Counted from the first letter of the stretch, positions 36,166 through 49,658 are shown. The stretch: DNA of 64,000 nucleotides from Felis catus (GCF_018350175.1 NC_058368.1:199332001-199396000); one strand, 5' to 3'. Program-made: numbers and translations. Notes: a model not told the origin generated them from the letters alone.

Positions 36166-36363
36166 TTACATTACATTAATTTATTATTTTGTAAATTTTA
36201 ACTTAAATTTTTATTTTATAATGTTCATGGTACCATGAAAATCTTGATTCTTTATATTGTTAATAAATCACTTATCTTCCATTTCCTATGTTATAAAAAG
36301 TTTCCAAAGTCTTACTTTTTTATGTTACAAAAGATTCTAAAACCTTTTTTAAAAAAAGTTTTC

Positions 36364-36580
36364 AGGGCACTTGGGTGGTTCAGTTGGTTAAGTGTCTGAC
36401 TTCAGCTCAGATCATGATCTCACAGCTGGTTGGTTTGAGCCCCACATCGGGCTCTGTGCTGATAGCTCAGAGCCTGGAGCCTGCTTTGGGTTCTGTGTCT
36501 CCCTCTCTCTCTCTGTCCCTCCCCCTGTTCACGCTCTGTCTCTCTCTCCTTCAAAAATAAATAAACATTAAAAATAAATC
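36364..36580 (+). mobile_element. Felid-type SINE
   Basis: Head and A tail present. Confidence 0.9.
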
Positions 36581-38399
36581 AATCAATGTTTCTTTTAGAA
36601 TTTGTTCTTAGATTTTGGCCTTTTTTCGTTGTGGAGAGAAAGTTCTTTTTCACCAGGCTAGATTTGGAAAAGAGAAAGGAGAATTTACTGAAGCAGAAAC
36701 ACAGGAGAAGGGTAATGGTATATCTTGGTAGTTTTAAGCAAAACACATTTTTCCCCCTCAGTACAAAATAATATGTTTTACGGCAGAACATGTGGAAATA
36801 TAGTAAAGGAGAAAATTAAAATCATATGTTTCCTTACCACCCAGAGATACTGATTATTAATGCTTTGGTGTATGTTCATCCAGAGTTTTTCCAAGTATAA
36901 AAGCAATAATTCAGAGCATCACCAATACCAGTCCAATCAGGCAGGCAGAAGTTTGCCAACAAAGATCTAGGCATTCTGGAAATACTTCTGATTTCCCAAG
37001 ATTCCTATCAATATGCAAGGTCTAGCTCTGAGAAGGAAGGCTGGCAGGAAGTAGTGTTCAGGGAAGGTTCTCAGCCTGCAGATTGAGTTTTGAGCAGGGT
37101 TCCAGGTCTGTCTATCAACAAAGAAAATATGGAGGACAGGATGGAAGGCTCATGGGTCTGAGGAAACTGATCTATTGCCAAGCTCTACAAGAATGCTAGG
37201 GTTATGGCTTCTATGTGCATCTTTTTCCTGATAGGGCTATCTCAGGAAAGCAGACAGACTTGGCCTCTACCCATGGAGCTCATCAGAGGTTCCAACCTTG
37301 GATTCTGAGGAAGAGAGACAGGCAACTAAAACAAGGGCTAACATTGTGCAGGTTGAAAATGAGTATTTCTAATTATATTACACATTTTCTGGAAAAAAAT
37401 CTTTAAAAGTATGTACTAACATGGTGATTTTTTTCATCTCAAGCTATTAGTGGGCTTAGTTGAGTATGTTAATGACTATTTTTAATGGTAGAAGCAGAAA
37501 ATTGCATTGTGTTATGGGAAGCAATTGGAGATATTTGAGGAATGTGTGTTCTTGTTGCCCTTATAATAGCTAAAGAGCTTTTAGGTTTCAGCCAAAGTGT
37601 CCCCCCTCCCCCCCCCCTCCGCCCCAGAAAATTCTAATAAGATGCAAGCTATACATCAGTGGAGAGCCTGGTCCAGTGGTGGGTGTTCAATAAATATTAA
37701 ACACCAACAACAATCGTTGAAGTTTCCTATGTTATGTCTGCTCCAGAAAGGACTTCTTTAGCAGAACTATGGATTATGGATAGCCTGGAACTGCAAGAAA
37801 GAGAGACATAGAAACTTTGCCCACAGCCTAATCCCACACACCAATGTGTCAGAACAAAAGATTAGTATATGGCAGTAACTCCCGCAGTCCTCCTGACACA
37901 CTGAGCTGCCTTTTCTTGCTATTGGCCTTTTATGAATAAGCAGTTGAATCAGCCTGTGATAAGGCAACTGAGAAGTGCTGGCATTTTGAAAGGGATAACC
38001 TGTGAATATGGTCTTGGGTTTTACTTACATATTTACATCTCCCCAGGTCTAGCTGCAACTTGAGAAGAAGTTGGAAATAAGGAGATAAGTATTCTTTGGC
38101 CCAAATGAAGGGCAGAAGTCAGTCTCCTTTCTGATCTGCAGTCTGGATCTCATATCTGCCAGTTGAATCTCTATTGCGTGCAGGACAAGTGCAGATTGTG
38201 CAACAGAGGGCCCCTGTGTGCATCTGACAGGAGAAGTTTGTTCCGAGTGTCATAGTGTTGCTTTCATCTTGATAGACTAGCACAGTCTGGGTGAAATGGT
38301 TGGGGGAGGGTGCTGGGGCAAAGAAAAATGCTCAGGTAGCTGAACAATGAAAGCTTACATGCTACGTGGACAGAAATGAAAGGAAGCACACAGATGGCT

Positions 38400-39760
38400 C
38401 AGTGAAACCACTGGTTAGCTGAAGCAATTGAGAAAGTGGAGTGGGGATTTTCAGGAAAAAGAACATTTGTGAAGGCTGCAAACAATCAAGGGGATCAGGA
38501 ACATGTACTGGGAAAGTGATGGGAAATACAGTAATGTGTCCATTAACCACAGCACCATCGCCATCAATCATCTTTAGTCCATGATGAAAATTCAACTCTA
38601 GAGAGACCTGTCTTGGCTTGTGTCTATACTTCATGTTGAAGTATTTATTTTTGTTCTTAGTATTAGAAGATGCTGCCACTGACAGCATTACTATTCATGT
38701 GTGTGAATGGGGCTCAAAGCCGCTCCATTAATGACACATAGTCACATCTTGTCTAAGTACACATGTAGACAGTCTGTCTATCACCAGCGGTGGCTTTGCC
38801 TCTTCACCTGTGGGGTTGCATGAAATCTTGGTTGACAAAAGCTTCTGTACGTTTGAAGTGTGCGGCATCATTTATCTGTTGCCTGCTATGGCTCCCGGGA
38901 GTCGGAGGATATTCGGCATCGCTAACTGTTGAACTTCTACACATTCTTCCCACTTCTCTTTTGTTGACCCTGCTTCTAATCAAGCTTCTTTGGCTTGTGG
39001 TGGGTGCAGCTGCTGTGGTTAATGCATATATCCAGGGACAGAGATTCAATGAGCACAGCTTAGACCCTGATGGAGTGACTACATTCTGGATCTTTGTTTT
39101 TGGCACTCGTGTGTTTCCACTGATGTTAATTACGTCCCGTGAGTGATGCTGTGGAGATTGCTGTGGGCAACAAGTGAGAGTCCAAGTTACTGCCCTTCCT
39201 TTGGAGGGATGCTTACTGTGCACAGGTTTACTTTAGTTGACAGCTTGGTGCCATGCCTTGGTCCTTTTGAGGTGATGTCTACAGAAAGGAATTTTTTGAA
39301 GGTGTCTTTTTTTGTTTGTTTTTTTAAAGGCTACCCATGCATCTCTGAAAAAGTTGCCTAGGAGATGAAATTTGCATTTAATTCTTCCAGTGGATTTCTG
39401 GAAGTTTCCTTCATGAGGATGGTAACATCACCTCAGGCTTCAGATTACATTTTTACATTGGTATGATTTTGCATCATCTAGGACAAAATTGCATGGAATT
39501 GAATGTATTTTCTTGCACATTGGGTTTAGAAGTATAGTCACTGAATATATAGAAGTTCCCGAATGCACCAATGTTGTATGATACTGCCTTCTGTGCTGGC
39601 TTGATATTTAAGAGGATGCTGGGCATAGTCTGATTCTGGCTTTTAGAAACATGGTTTTGTCTAGCACACTGCACAAATAGATGTACCCAAATTCAACTGG
39701 TGGTGGAGAGCAGATTTCATAGCTGGTGTAAAGTCTGCCACCAAATCTAACATGCTGGCT
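38400..39760 (-). mobile_element. Possible highly decayed RTE-clade LINE fossil (L4/MamRTE-like)
   Basis: Weak, correctly ordered resemblance to RTE endonuclease and linker motifs; see findings. Confidence 0.28.
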
Positions 39761-41279
39761 TCATTATTATTTTAGGAGTTTAGGGAAATTTTGTCAGGAT
39801 ACCTACTTGTTAAGAATCTGGTGTAAGAATCCGAGTTAGGCTAACAGAATACCTTGAACCGATAGTATCAAAGATATTGAAATAAAGTGGGTCAGGATTA
39901 AGTTTAAGAATTAAGTTCTGCGATTTTTTAGGATCATCTCTGATACCACAGAACTTGGTCCTCTTGCTTCACTGAGGAAAAGAACATGTCTATAAGACAG
40001 ATGTGACATTTGGATATTTGTTTTCTTTACCATATTCCATATTCTGCTTTAAATGAACTGTAATTTTTAATTGAAACTGTAAGTTTCCATATAGGTTTAT
40101 ATGGCTTGGTCAAAATAAAAATAAAAGAGATGAAGTATAGATAAAGGAAGATTTCTATTATTTATTAAGTAGAGTGGTTGGTATGGGTGTAAAAATTAGA
40201 AAAAGTATATATTGAATAAATATGAAACATTCAGTGTATATAGAAATGAAATGTCTTATACATTTTGCAATAAATTGCAATATTAGGAAATTAAAGAAGG
40301 ATATGCCTCCCTACTTTTAGGTATTATTTGAATTTTTGTAATCAATATATTAATTTTGTAAAGAAAAAATACATATGTTTATCAATTATCTTTGGTTTTC
40401 TTTGAGGAAACCCCAAGCCCTATATAAAGTGAAGCAGCATTTTTTATGGATGCTCAGGTGCCTAAGGATAAAAGACACTTTTAGGCAGACTCTTGGTCAG
40501 ATGAGAGAACCCTGAGTGTTGGGGTTCATCAATCCTCAGAAATACAATTGAAGAGAATAAACACTAAGAGTTAACATGTTTAAATAAAAAATGAAGGTTG
40601 CCTATGCTCACAAATATGTGGCTATTCATTTTATTATACACATCTATTGTGACTCATGCCTTTGACCCACAAGGAAACAAAAGAAGACATAGATGTGATC
40701 TCATCCCTTAAGGATTATCTAATTAAGGTAGAGAGCACAGACCTGAACAGCAATGGACTTCTCCCCAAAGCAACCTAAAGCCGAGTGCATAACAATGTGG
40801 TGAACATGATACACATAATTCAAAGGAATTCAAGATAGGAAAACACTTGGTGCGGATCTGTTGGCTTTATTAATCATGGTCATCACGTTTCCAAGAAAGG
40901 ATCATTTGAAATCAACAAATCTAATTAAAAAAATAAACATAAAAATGAATAAATCATAGTGTTCCCCAGAAGATTATAATTTTTATTGTCTCTAGAGATA
41001 AAATGCTATGGGAGGATGGAGGGATCAGTAATTAATTTTTTCTGAAGACTTTCAAGTGTCATAACATATGGAAAAGACCTCAAAAGATGGGAATTACTTT
41101 ATTACGAGAAGAATGGCTACGTGAATATTCCGGGCAAAAGCACAATAATAAGCAGTATAAATGTACGAAGAGCACTGGATTGCGGCGTAGGTCGTTGATT
41201 GGAGTTTGGGAAGATTAAATCGTGCAGGTACAAGAATGACATATTAAGACATTTAGACTCAGATCCTTAAAGTCATTAA

Positions 41280-41660
41280 AGGCCATGAAACACGACTACA
41301 TCTGTAATGGTTACTATGAAGTACATACAAAAATTGTAAATCGCAAATTAAAACAACAGTTCCGGCAGGCGCAGGCGCAGTCCTGCCTCAAGGTACAGGA
41401 TGCGCGCGCAGCGTTTTTGGCCACCGCGGAAGTTCCCGAAGGGCTACTGAGAAAGACGCTTCTCGGTCAGGATGGAATTTCCAGCCCCGTAAATCTGAGG
41501 GCCAGACCATGACCTGGTCAAACACGATCACCTTCTGTCTAGACTGGCAAAAGTATTGAAGCAGCATTCAAATTCCGCCCCCATTGCGGAACTTTGCCTT
41601 TGGAGATGGTGGAGCGTCCCAGACCTTTGTCACACTGCTTGAGTCATCTTTCGAGGCTCA
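41280..41660. promoter_or_regulatory. Orphan CpG-rich promoter/enhancer-like element (NRF1, ETS, AP-1 motifs)
   Basis: TTCCGG (41360-41365), GCGCAGGCGCA (41369-41379), TGCGCGCGCA (41401-41410), CGGAAGT (41427-41433), TGAGTCA (41640-41646); CpGs retained in otherwise CpG-poor DNA. Confidence 0.5.
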
Positions 41661-42179
41661 AGGAGAGAGCTTAACGCTATTTCTGAAATTTCTAACAAGA
41701 CGATGAAATGGACCAGCTCTGTCACCGTTCTTTTTGTCTGTCATCCCTCTTTTGAGACAGTGACAGTTCTGAATCTGAAGATACCTTCTTCAGTCCCTGT
41801 GGGACACACCGAGAGATTCCTCTGGGAGCAGACTCCCCAACTTGAAAAGCAGCCTGCAGATGAGCAGGCGAAGCCCCTCAGACGCAGAACAGGAGCCTGA
41901 TGACCACCTGGCTTGAGGCTTTGCCTATCGGGATGGTGCTGATGGAGAAGAGTGGACAGCACTGGAAGCTGGGATTCCTCCAGACCGGGTGACTAGGGCA
42001 TTGTCTATAAAGGTACACGCCGTTCACAGGTGAGCCAGGCCATCTCCGAGTTAGGGCAAAGGGAGGGGAACCCCCTTTTTAGAATAGGTAAGGAAGCCAT
42101 AGCCCAGCTGCAGACCAGCCCCTGGACAGTTTTCTCTTAGACTGCAGGCAAATCTCTCCACCTACAGGGGTAATTAAGA

Positions 42180-42415
42180 CACAATTAATATAACATAGAA
42201 TTCACCATTTTACAGTGTACAATTCAGTGGGCTTTAGTATATTCATAATGTTGTGTAACCATCACGGATATCTAATTCCAGAGCATTTCCAACCCTGTAC
42301 CTTTTAGTAGTCAGTTCCTAGTCTCTCTTCTCTCCAACCCTAGGCAACCACTGATCTAGTTTTTGTTTCTATGGATTTGCCGATTCTGGACGTTTTATGT
42401 AAATGGAATCATACG
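42180..42415 (-). mobile_element. L1MB-like 3' end fragment
   Basis: gtgtacaattcagtgggctttagtatattcat...ggcaaccactgatct...aaatggaatcatac. Confidence 0.7.
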
Positions 42416-43243
42416 ATGATAAAAAAAAAAAAGGCAAAACAAAACAAACAGAAAAAAAAGCCCAGTTAAAGAAAGCCTATGGAATAAACTCATAGCTTCT
42501 CAAACAGTTGCTGTTGACATTTCAGGCATGCCTATTTAATCACACCGCAGATCATTCTGACCAAAAGACATTACACAGTTTTTGGCACGCCAAACCCTTT
42601 CCTATATAATGCTGAAACCATAAATCTGAAAAATAATAGTTTAAATAGTAGTTTTATTTACAGTCACAGCTTTTTGCTAAATGTTGTACAAAAAAGAAAA
42701 CCCCCAAAAGAAACATAAAAACGAAACAAAAGGCATAAGGAACAAGAAGTTCGCGATTTTACATAAAAGCTTTTGCTGGCTTCTATTATTATTATTATTA
42801 TTATTACTGCTACTACTACCAGTTGCTCCTTAGCTTTTATTGAGTTCCTGCTAATGGGTTATATATCTATCTTTTGAAAATGTTTTACTCTAGAGAGAAC
42901 ACTAAAATGTAAAGATCTACCTTTTAAACAAACGTTTAAATGTATAATATAGTTGACTATAGGCACAATGTTGTACAGCAGATCTCTAGAACTTTTTTAT
43001 TTTGCTTGATGAAACTTTATGCCAGTTGATTAGTAACTCCCTATTTCCTCCTCCCTACCATCTTCTGGCAAACACCATTCTGCTCTTTGATTCTATGAAT
43101 TTGACTCTTTTAGATCCTATGTAAATGGATTCATGTAGTATGTGTCTTTCTGTGGCCTTATTATATTTAGTATAATGTCCTCAAAGTTCATGTTGCTGCA
43201 TATTGCAGAATTTCCTTTTTTTAAAAGGCTGAATAGTATTCCG

Positions 43244-43244
<1 letters not shown>

Positions 43245-43320
<76 letters not shown>
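43245..43320. repeat. Compound (TG)n(TA)n microsatellite inside L1
   Basis: Directly visible. Confidence 0.95.
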
Positions 43321-43324
<4 letters not shown>

Positions 43325-44470
43325 CTATAGTTTCTTTGTCCATTCATCTGACATTTAGGTTGTTTCTACATCTTGGCTATTGTAAACAGTGCTGCGATGA
43401 ACATAAGCGTGCTAATATTTCCTTGAGATCCTGATTTCAATTTTTTTGGATAAATACCCAGAGGTGGGATTACTGCATCATATGGTAGTTCTGTTTTAAT
43501 TTTTTTGAGGAACTTCTATACTGTTTTCCATAGTGGCTGCACCATTTTTGCATTTCTCCCAGCAGTGTACAAGGATTCCACTTTCTCCACATCCTTGCCA
43601 GTACTTGTTATCTTTCATTTTTCTGATAATAGCCATCCTGACAGGTGTGATGTTGTATCTCATTATGGCTTTGATTTGCATTTTCCTGACCATTAGTGAC
43701 AGTGAGCATTTGTCATATACCTATTGGCTATTTGTAGGCCTTCTTTGAAGAAATAATGATGCAAGCTCTTATCCCATTTTTAAGTTGGGTTATTAGTTCT
43801 TTTTTTACTGTTGAGTTGTGAAAATTCCTTATATATTTTTGTTATTAGCCCCTTATCAGCTTGATAGTTTGCACATATTTTCTCTCATCCTATATGTTGT
43901 CTGTTTATTCTATTGATTGTTTTCTTTGTTGTGCAAAGGCTTTTTAGTTTGATGTAGTCCCATTTATTTATTTATTTATTTATGCCTGTGCTTTTGGTGT
44001 CAAATCATTGCCAAGACCAATGTCATAAAGCTTTTCCTTTATGTTTTGTTCTAGGGTTCTACAGTTTCAGGTCTTACATTTAAGTCTTTATTTTGAGTTG
44101 ATATTTTGTGTATGGTATAAGATAAGGATCCAGTTTCATTCTTTTGCATGTGGATATCTAGTTTTCCCAACAACACTTGTTGAAAGACTGTTCTTTCCCC
44201 TTTATGTATTCTTGGCACTCATGTTGCATATCAGTTGACAATATATGCATAGATTTATTTCTGAATTCTTTTGTCTATTCTATCGGTCTGTATGTCTGTC
44301 TTTATGATGATACCATTACTGTACTTTATAATGTATTTTGAAATCAGGAAGTGTGATACCTCCAGCTTTGTTGTTTTTTTCTCAAGATTCATTTGGCTAT
44401 TTGTGGTCTTGTGTGGTTCCATATGAATTGTAGAATTGTTTTTTCTATTTCCGTAACAACTGACATTGGA

Positions 44471-44675
44471 AGGGCGTCTGGGTGGCTCAGTCGGTTAAGT
44501 GTCCAACTTAGGCTCAGGTCATGATCTCATGGTTTGTGAGTTCGAGCCCTGCAGTGGGCTCTGTGCTGACAGCTCAGAGCCTAGAGCCTGTTTCATATTC
44601 TGTCTCTGTCTCCCTGCCTCTCCCCTACTCGCTCTCTGTCTCTCTCTCAAATATAAAAAATAAAACATAAAAAGA
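44471..44675 (+). mobile_element. Felid-type SINE inside L1
   Basis: TSD aactgacattgg. Confidence 0.9.
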
Positions 44676-44834
44676 AACTGACATTGGGATTTTGATAAGA
44701 ATTACATAGAATCTGTAGATCGCTTTGAATAGTTTGGACATTTTGACAATATTAGAGTAAGTAAAGTAAGACCATATACTATTCCAAATGCTTTACCTAT
44801 AGTACTATTTAGAATTTTTTCTAATTCTAATTTT

Positions 44835-45355
44835 TACTTTTTAAATAAACTGTTTATTGTAGAGTAGTTAAGATTTACATAAAAGTCACAAAGGCAGTAC
44901 AAAAAGTTCCACTTACCTGACATTTAATTTCCCCTATTATTAACATCTTAACATTAGTATGGTGTATTTGTCACAGTTAATGAATCAATATTGATATGTT
45001 ATTATTAACAAAAGTCCATACTTTATTTGAATTGCCTTAGTTTTTTTAAAAAAAATTTAAGTTTATTTATTTATTTTTGAGAGAGAGAATAAGTGGGGGA
45101 GGGACAGAAAGGGAAGAAGAGAGAATCCCAAGCAGGCTCCACACTGTCAGTGAGCGGCCCAACACAGGGCTTAAACTCACAAACCATGAGATCATGACCT
45201 GAGCTGAAGAATCAGATGCTTAACCAACTGAGCCACCCAGGGGCCCCTGAATTTCCTTAGTTTTTATCTAATTTCTTTTTTCTATTCTAGTACCCACCCA
45301 GGATACCACAATATGTTTAGTCATCACATTTCCTTAGGCTGCTCTTGGCTCTGAC
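44835..45355 (-). mobile_element. L1MC/MD-like 3' UTR fragment with an inserted SINE
   Basis: gtagttaagatttacataaaagtc...tcccctattattaacatctt...cccaggataccac. Confidence 0.6.
45050..45248 (-). mobile_element. Carnivore SINE
   Basis: TSD tgaatt(g/t)ccttagttttt. Confidence 0.9.
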
Positions 45356-45374
45356 GATTTATGGTAGTGTTCTT

Positions 45375-45520
45375 AACCATCACAATAATTCCATGTGGTA
45401 GGACTGTTATTCATTTATTTTTTTTACAGATAAGAAAGCTGAGGCTAGGGTCATGCGGTAAAGGAAGCCAACTCTGGAAATGTGGGCCAGAGCCCTGACT
45501 CTGAACCACTGCACTGCTCT
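45375..45520 (-). mobile_element. MIR fragment
   Basis: ttttacagataagaaagctgaggct...ctgactctgaaccactgcac. Confidence 0.5.
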
Positions 45521-45784
45521 GCACTACTTCTAACATTGGCTACTCAGTACAAGGTAAATAAATGTACAGCTGCACACCTAGATCATGATATAAGGCAGCA
45601 TGTGATAAGTACTTCGCAACCCCCAAAGGTAAAGGTTATTTCTGGTTTGTAGGAGTTTAGCAGAATTTGAGAAAGATTTTAACAATGAGATGATATTTGA
45701 GCTAGGCGCTGAGAATTGGGAGGAATAATTATATAATATTTTATAGTTCTTTTTAAATATGTTAGAATCCCTATTCTAATTTGT

Positions 45785-46004
45785 TTTTTTAAAAATGTTT
45801 ATTTATTTATTTATTTTTGAGAGAGAGAGCTTGTGAGCAGGGGAGGGGTAAGAGAGAGAGAGGGACAGGAGACAGAGAATCCCAAGCAGTCTCTGGCTGT
45901 CAGTGCAGAGCCTGATGCGAGCTGGAAATCACGAGCCATGAGATCATGACCTGAACCGAAATCAAGAGTCAGATGTTTAACCTACTAAGCCATCCAGGTG
46001 CCCC
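45785..46004 (-). mobile_element. Carnivore SINE
   Basis: Antisense full-length copy. Confidence 0.88.
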
Positions 46005-47074
46005 CTAGTTCATTTTTGCAGCGTCTCCAGGGATAGATGAATGGATTTCTCCTGGAGCGAATGGCTTGAAGATGAGAAGTTTTAGGTCATGGTTTGATAA
46101 ACTTTCAATATCTAAACAAAGTCATGTTATAGAATTTCACCTCTAAAAGGATAAAATTTAAAAAAATATGTTTTTTAACCTATGAATACTTAGTCTTAGA
46201 ATTAGTTTGATCACATTCCCAAAATCCCAACCAATTGAAGATGAAGATGAGGTCAATTTTGTTTGATTAATGCATTGTTGATTCTTTTACACCATTCTGG
46301 CACTAGAAAGTATTGAATAAATATTTGTTGAATGAGTGAATGAACCTGATTCAATTCAGAGATGTTGGAAGATTTCTTGGTAATAACAGTTGGCGGGTGG
46401 AGGCTACTCACAGTTTCCCTTCTCAGATGAAAACACTGTTAGAGAATCCCAGCATCTTTTATGACTTGTACATATTCAGATTCTGTGGAGTCTCTAAAAA
46501 GGAGTAACAGAGAAGTTCTAAAGAGTCTTTACCCTTTTGCTCTTCCCACAGCTTTCCCAACTAGAAGCCTAACTCTCTGAATTTGTAAAAATTCATTCCC
46601 AGGATGTTCTAACAATATGTTCTATTAATACCTTTTCTAAAAGGTAAGAGGTAGGTCTTAGAATATAAAGGTTATTTATTTGAAATGAACTCTACTGAGC
46701 AATTATTTTTAAATGATAACTAGTAGCCTTACTTTGTATAAATTAACTGTGTTCATATGGGGTGGTAACAAGTGATTCATGATTGGTTTTATAAAGTACA
46801 CTTTTAAAGAAAGTGCATTCTGGTTCAGAGGAGAATGTGATAGGAATGTCATATACTTGATCTTTAGAGGTTTTGGGAAAATAAACAAAATTTCCAAATT
46901 TGGAAATGGTAATTTGATCAATGACAGGTAGGATTGAAAATATGCCCTATGGAATTATGACCCCTCCCCTCTGCCATCCCTTCCCCAACTAAAGGGATAT
47001 GTTTAAAAAAGAACAATTAGCCAACTGAAAGTAGTCTTGGCTGATTAAATCTAATGGGGCACGAACCTGGAAAA

Positions 47075-47088
47075 CTGCCCTCTAGTGG
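47075..47088 (-). promoter_or_regulatory. CTCF core motif
   Basis: Minus strand CCACTAGAGGGCAG, a consensus-level match in non-repeat sequence. Confidence 0.55.
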
Positions 47089-47211
47089 AGTTTATTGAAA
47101 TTTAGGCCTAGAGGGTTCTAATAGAGATTTGTCTTACAGTCAAGGGTTCGATAAAATTCCGTATCTTTTCTCAGATTTCTCTAAAGCAGTGATGGAAATG
47201 GCAGAAAGAAT

Positions 47212-47417
47212 AGGGGTGCCTAGGTGGCTCACTTTGTTGAGTGTCCAACTTCAGCTCAGATCATGACCTAGAGCTGTGAGTTTGAACTGTGAGATCAAGC
47301 GCCCATCAGGCTTGTAGCTGTCAGTGCAGAGCCTGCTTCAGATCATCTGTCCCCCTCTCTACTCTGCCCCTCCTCTGCTCTCTCTCTGTCTCAAAAATAA
47401 ATAAACTTAAAGAAAAA
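47212..47417 (+). mobile_element. Carnivore SINE
   Basis: ggggtgcctaggtggctc head, A tail. Confidence 0.88.
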
Positions 47418-49429
47418 GTAGAAAGAGTAAAGGTCAAATGTGACCCATAGAATATGCATTTAACATTTTATTATTCTTTCTTTTTGGTTATCAGCTCATG
47501 TTGGTTAAGACCTATGTTATACAAGTGGTTATAAATGTGTAAAAAAGATGTTATAACTCAAAATAAAATTAATAAAATAGAAAAAGGTGTAGATAATTAA
47601 TCTTATGAAGAATAGAGGTATGGTCATTTACTATGTGGTGACTGGTTTTGATGTTTGATTTTGTCTGTAGTTGTCTAGACTACTTTGGACAGAATCTCAG
47701 GGTGGGGAGATGAATAAACCATAGTGATTCTTTTACCCAGTGAAGTTCTAGAATCTCTGAAATGATACAATGAGAGCCCTCTGAGAACAAAACCCTTTAG
47801 AATACAGGATAGGCACCTGAGGAGGACAAAAGAATATTCCGTGATGAAGGAGAGCAGAGATTGGGTAAATGGGGGCTATCAAGCTGAACTTCAGGCTTTT
47901 CATGATTCTCCCCAAGGTCAGTCCCTAGAAGAGTTAGTGTTATTATGGTTAATGACTCTATGACTAGTTTCCCTCATCAAGAAAATGAGAGACATGAAAA
48001 CCTTTTGGAAATGGCAGTACTAGCCCATTAGAATGCATTGAAAAACAAAGAATTCTCAGGGATAAACTCTCTTAACTGAGCCCCTAGGGGTTTCATTTGT
48101 GCTCGCTCTAGTGACATGTGGTGTAGATCCAGATATGTCCTGTGCCTTGTGATTGCAGTCTTTCTTTTGAAAACAGTTGCTGACAATCTGTCACTCCTTT
48201 GTTAGGGCTCAGTCCGTTTGAAAATGCTGGGTATCAGCTGCTGTTGCTGTAGGTCCATTTCTGTTTTCCAGCAGGTGGGTGTGTCTGTTTCTTTCCTTTC
48301 ATCTCCATCCAGGCTTTCTTCTTTCAGACACTTTCCGGTTTGTCAAGCCAAGTATGCCTGTCATGTTGGAACCCAGCCCTGGGACACTCACCAACTTCTC
48401 TTTGTGTTAGTATCTCTCTTGACTATGTTTCCACTCTTCCTTATCTTCCTAAAGCCTACCAGTCCATTCATGTGGTCACCTCCATGTCCTATTCTCCTTA
48501 ATGTGGGTGCTCAAAAACTGCCAGTTACCCTTGTAACCTCACCTCCTCTGTGTTTTCACTTCATTTAGACTTGCCTTGTGCTTTTCCACTGGGTCACTTT
48601 GGCCATTCCCTTTCTTTTCTTCTTCCTATTGTTTTCTGCATCAAGTCATACCAAGCCCTTCAACAGCTTCTCTGAACCGAAACTTTAGAGTTCAGTAGAA
48701 GACAGTAGGTTTCAGGCAGGCTGGGATTGGAATCTTACTTATTAGTAGCCCTGAAAATACTCATTCTGTCATAGAGTTGTAAAAAAATGGATTAGATAAT
48801 ATGGAAATATGCCAAGCACAACCCCCATAACCATAGATGTTCAACACAGAGTAGCTATTATTATTCATATTATTTTTGCATGAAAATGTTCCATGATACT
48901 ATAGCCCACAATGCTTTTCTGCCTTTGTATTTGTGTGGATTGGATTTAGGGTTCCAAGAGAGGTGGGAGATTAAGATACAGTCCTTACTCATGTGACCCT
49001 AGAATAAGGGGACCATGAGCAAGAAGAGGAGCTGTGATCTATAAATATGCTATCCACTGCCTACTCAGGAGGGGGTTTCTCTCAGGATCAGGCCCCTAGT
49101 GATCTTTACCTGAGTGTTGAAGTGGTTCCCTCTTTGAGCCCAAACCATCCCCAGAGACATTTTCTTGCTGGAAGGCACATGGTTCCTTCAGTTCCACTTT
49201 GTTGGTTTAAAGCTTTGAAGTCTCAATTGGACCAGCTCAGAATGTCCTACCTGGTGGGACCATGGAGCCTCTACCATATTATGGGTTTTTGCTATGTCTT
49301 GGACCTGATGCCAACATAATTCTCCAGCTTTCTGATATGCTATTCCATTGCTGCTAATTTCTGCTGTTCTGCACAAGAATTCTCTAGATTGAGGAGTCTG
49401 TTGATAATTATGCTCCTGGTTTGTTAATT

Positions 49430-49658
49430 TCTTTTTTTTTCTTTTTCTTTTTTTTTTTTTTTTTTAACATTTATTTATTTTTGAGACAGAGAGCATGAAC
49501 AGGGGAGGGTCAGAGAAAGAGGGAGACACAGAATCTGAAACAGGCCTCAGGCTCTGAGCTGTCAGCACAGGCCGATGCGGGGCTCGAACCCACGAACCAT
49601 GAGATCATGACCTGAGCCGAAGTCGGACGCTTAACCGACTGAGCCACCCAGGCGCCCC
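49430..49658 (-). mobile_element. Young felid-type SINE
   Basis: CpGs retained, long T tract, TSD tgttaatttct. Confidence 0.93.

Larger units (their letters stand above)
42870..44755 (-). mobile_element. L1 (L1MA-like) 3' portion with an inserted SINE and microsatellite
   Basis: ORF2 remnant MQIKAIMRYNITPVRMAIIRK..WQGCGE..; typical antisense L1 sequence. Confidence 0.85.

Noticed and set aside
38790..39223. Overlapping 118-aa (+) and 139-aa (-) ORFs as a novel gene
   Set aside because: No recognisable domain, non-ATG starts and no splice context; better explained by chance or a decayed retroelement.
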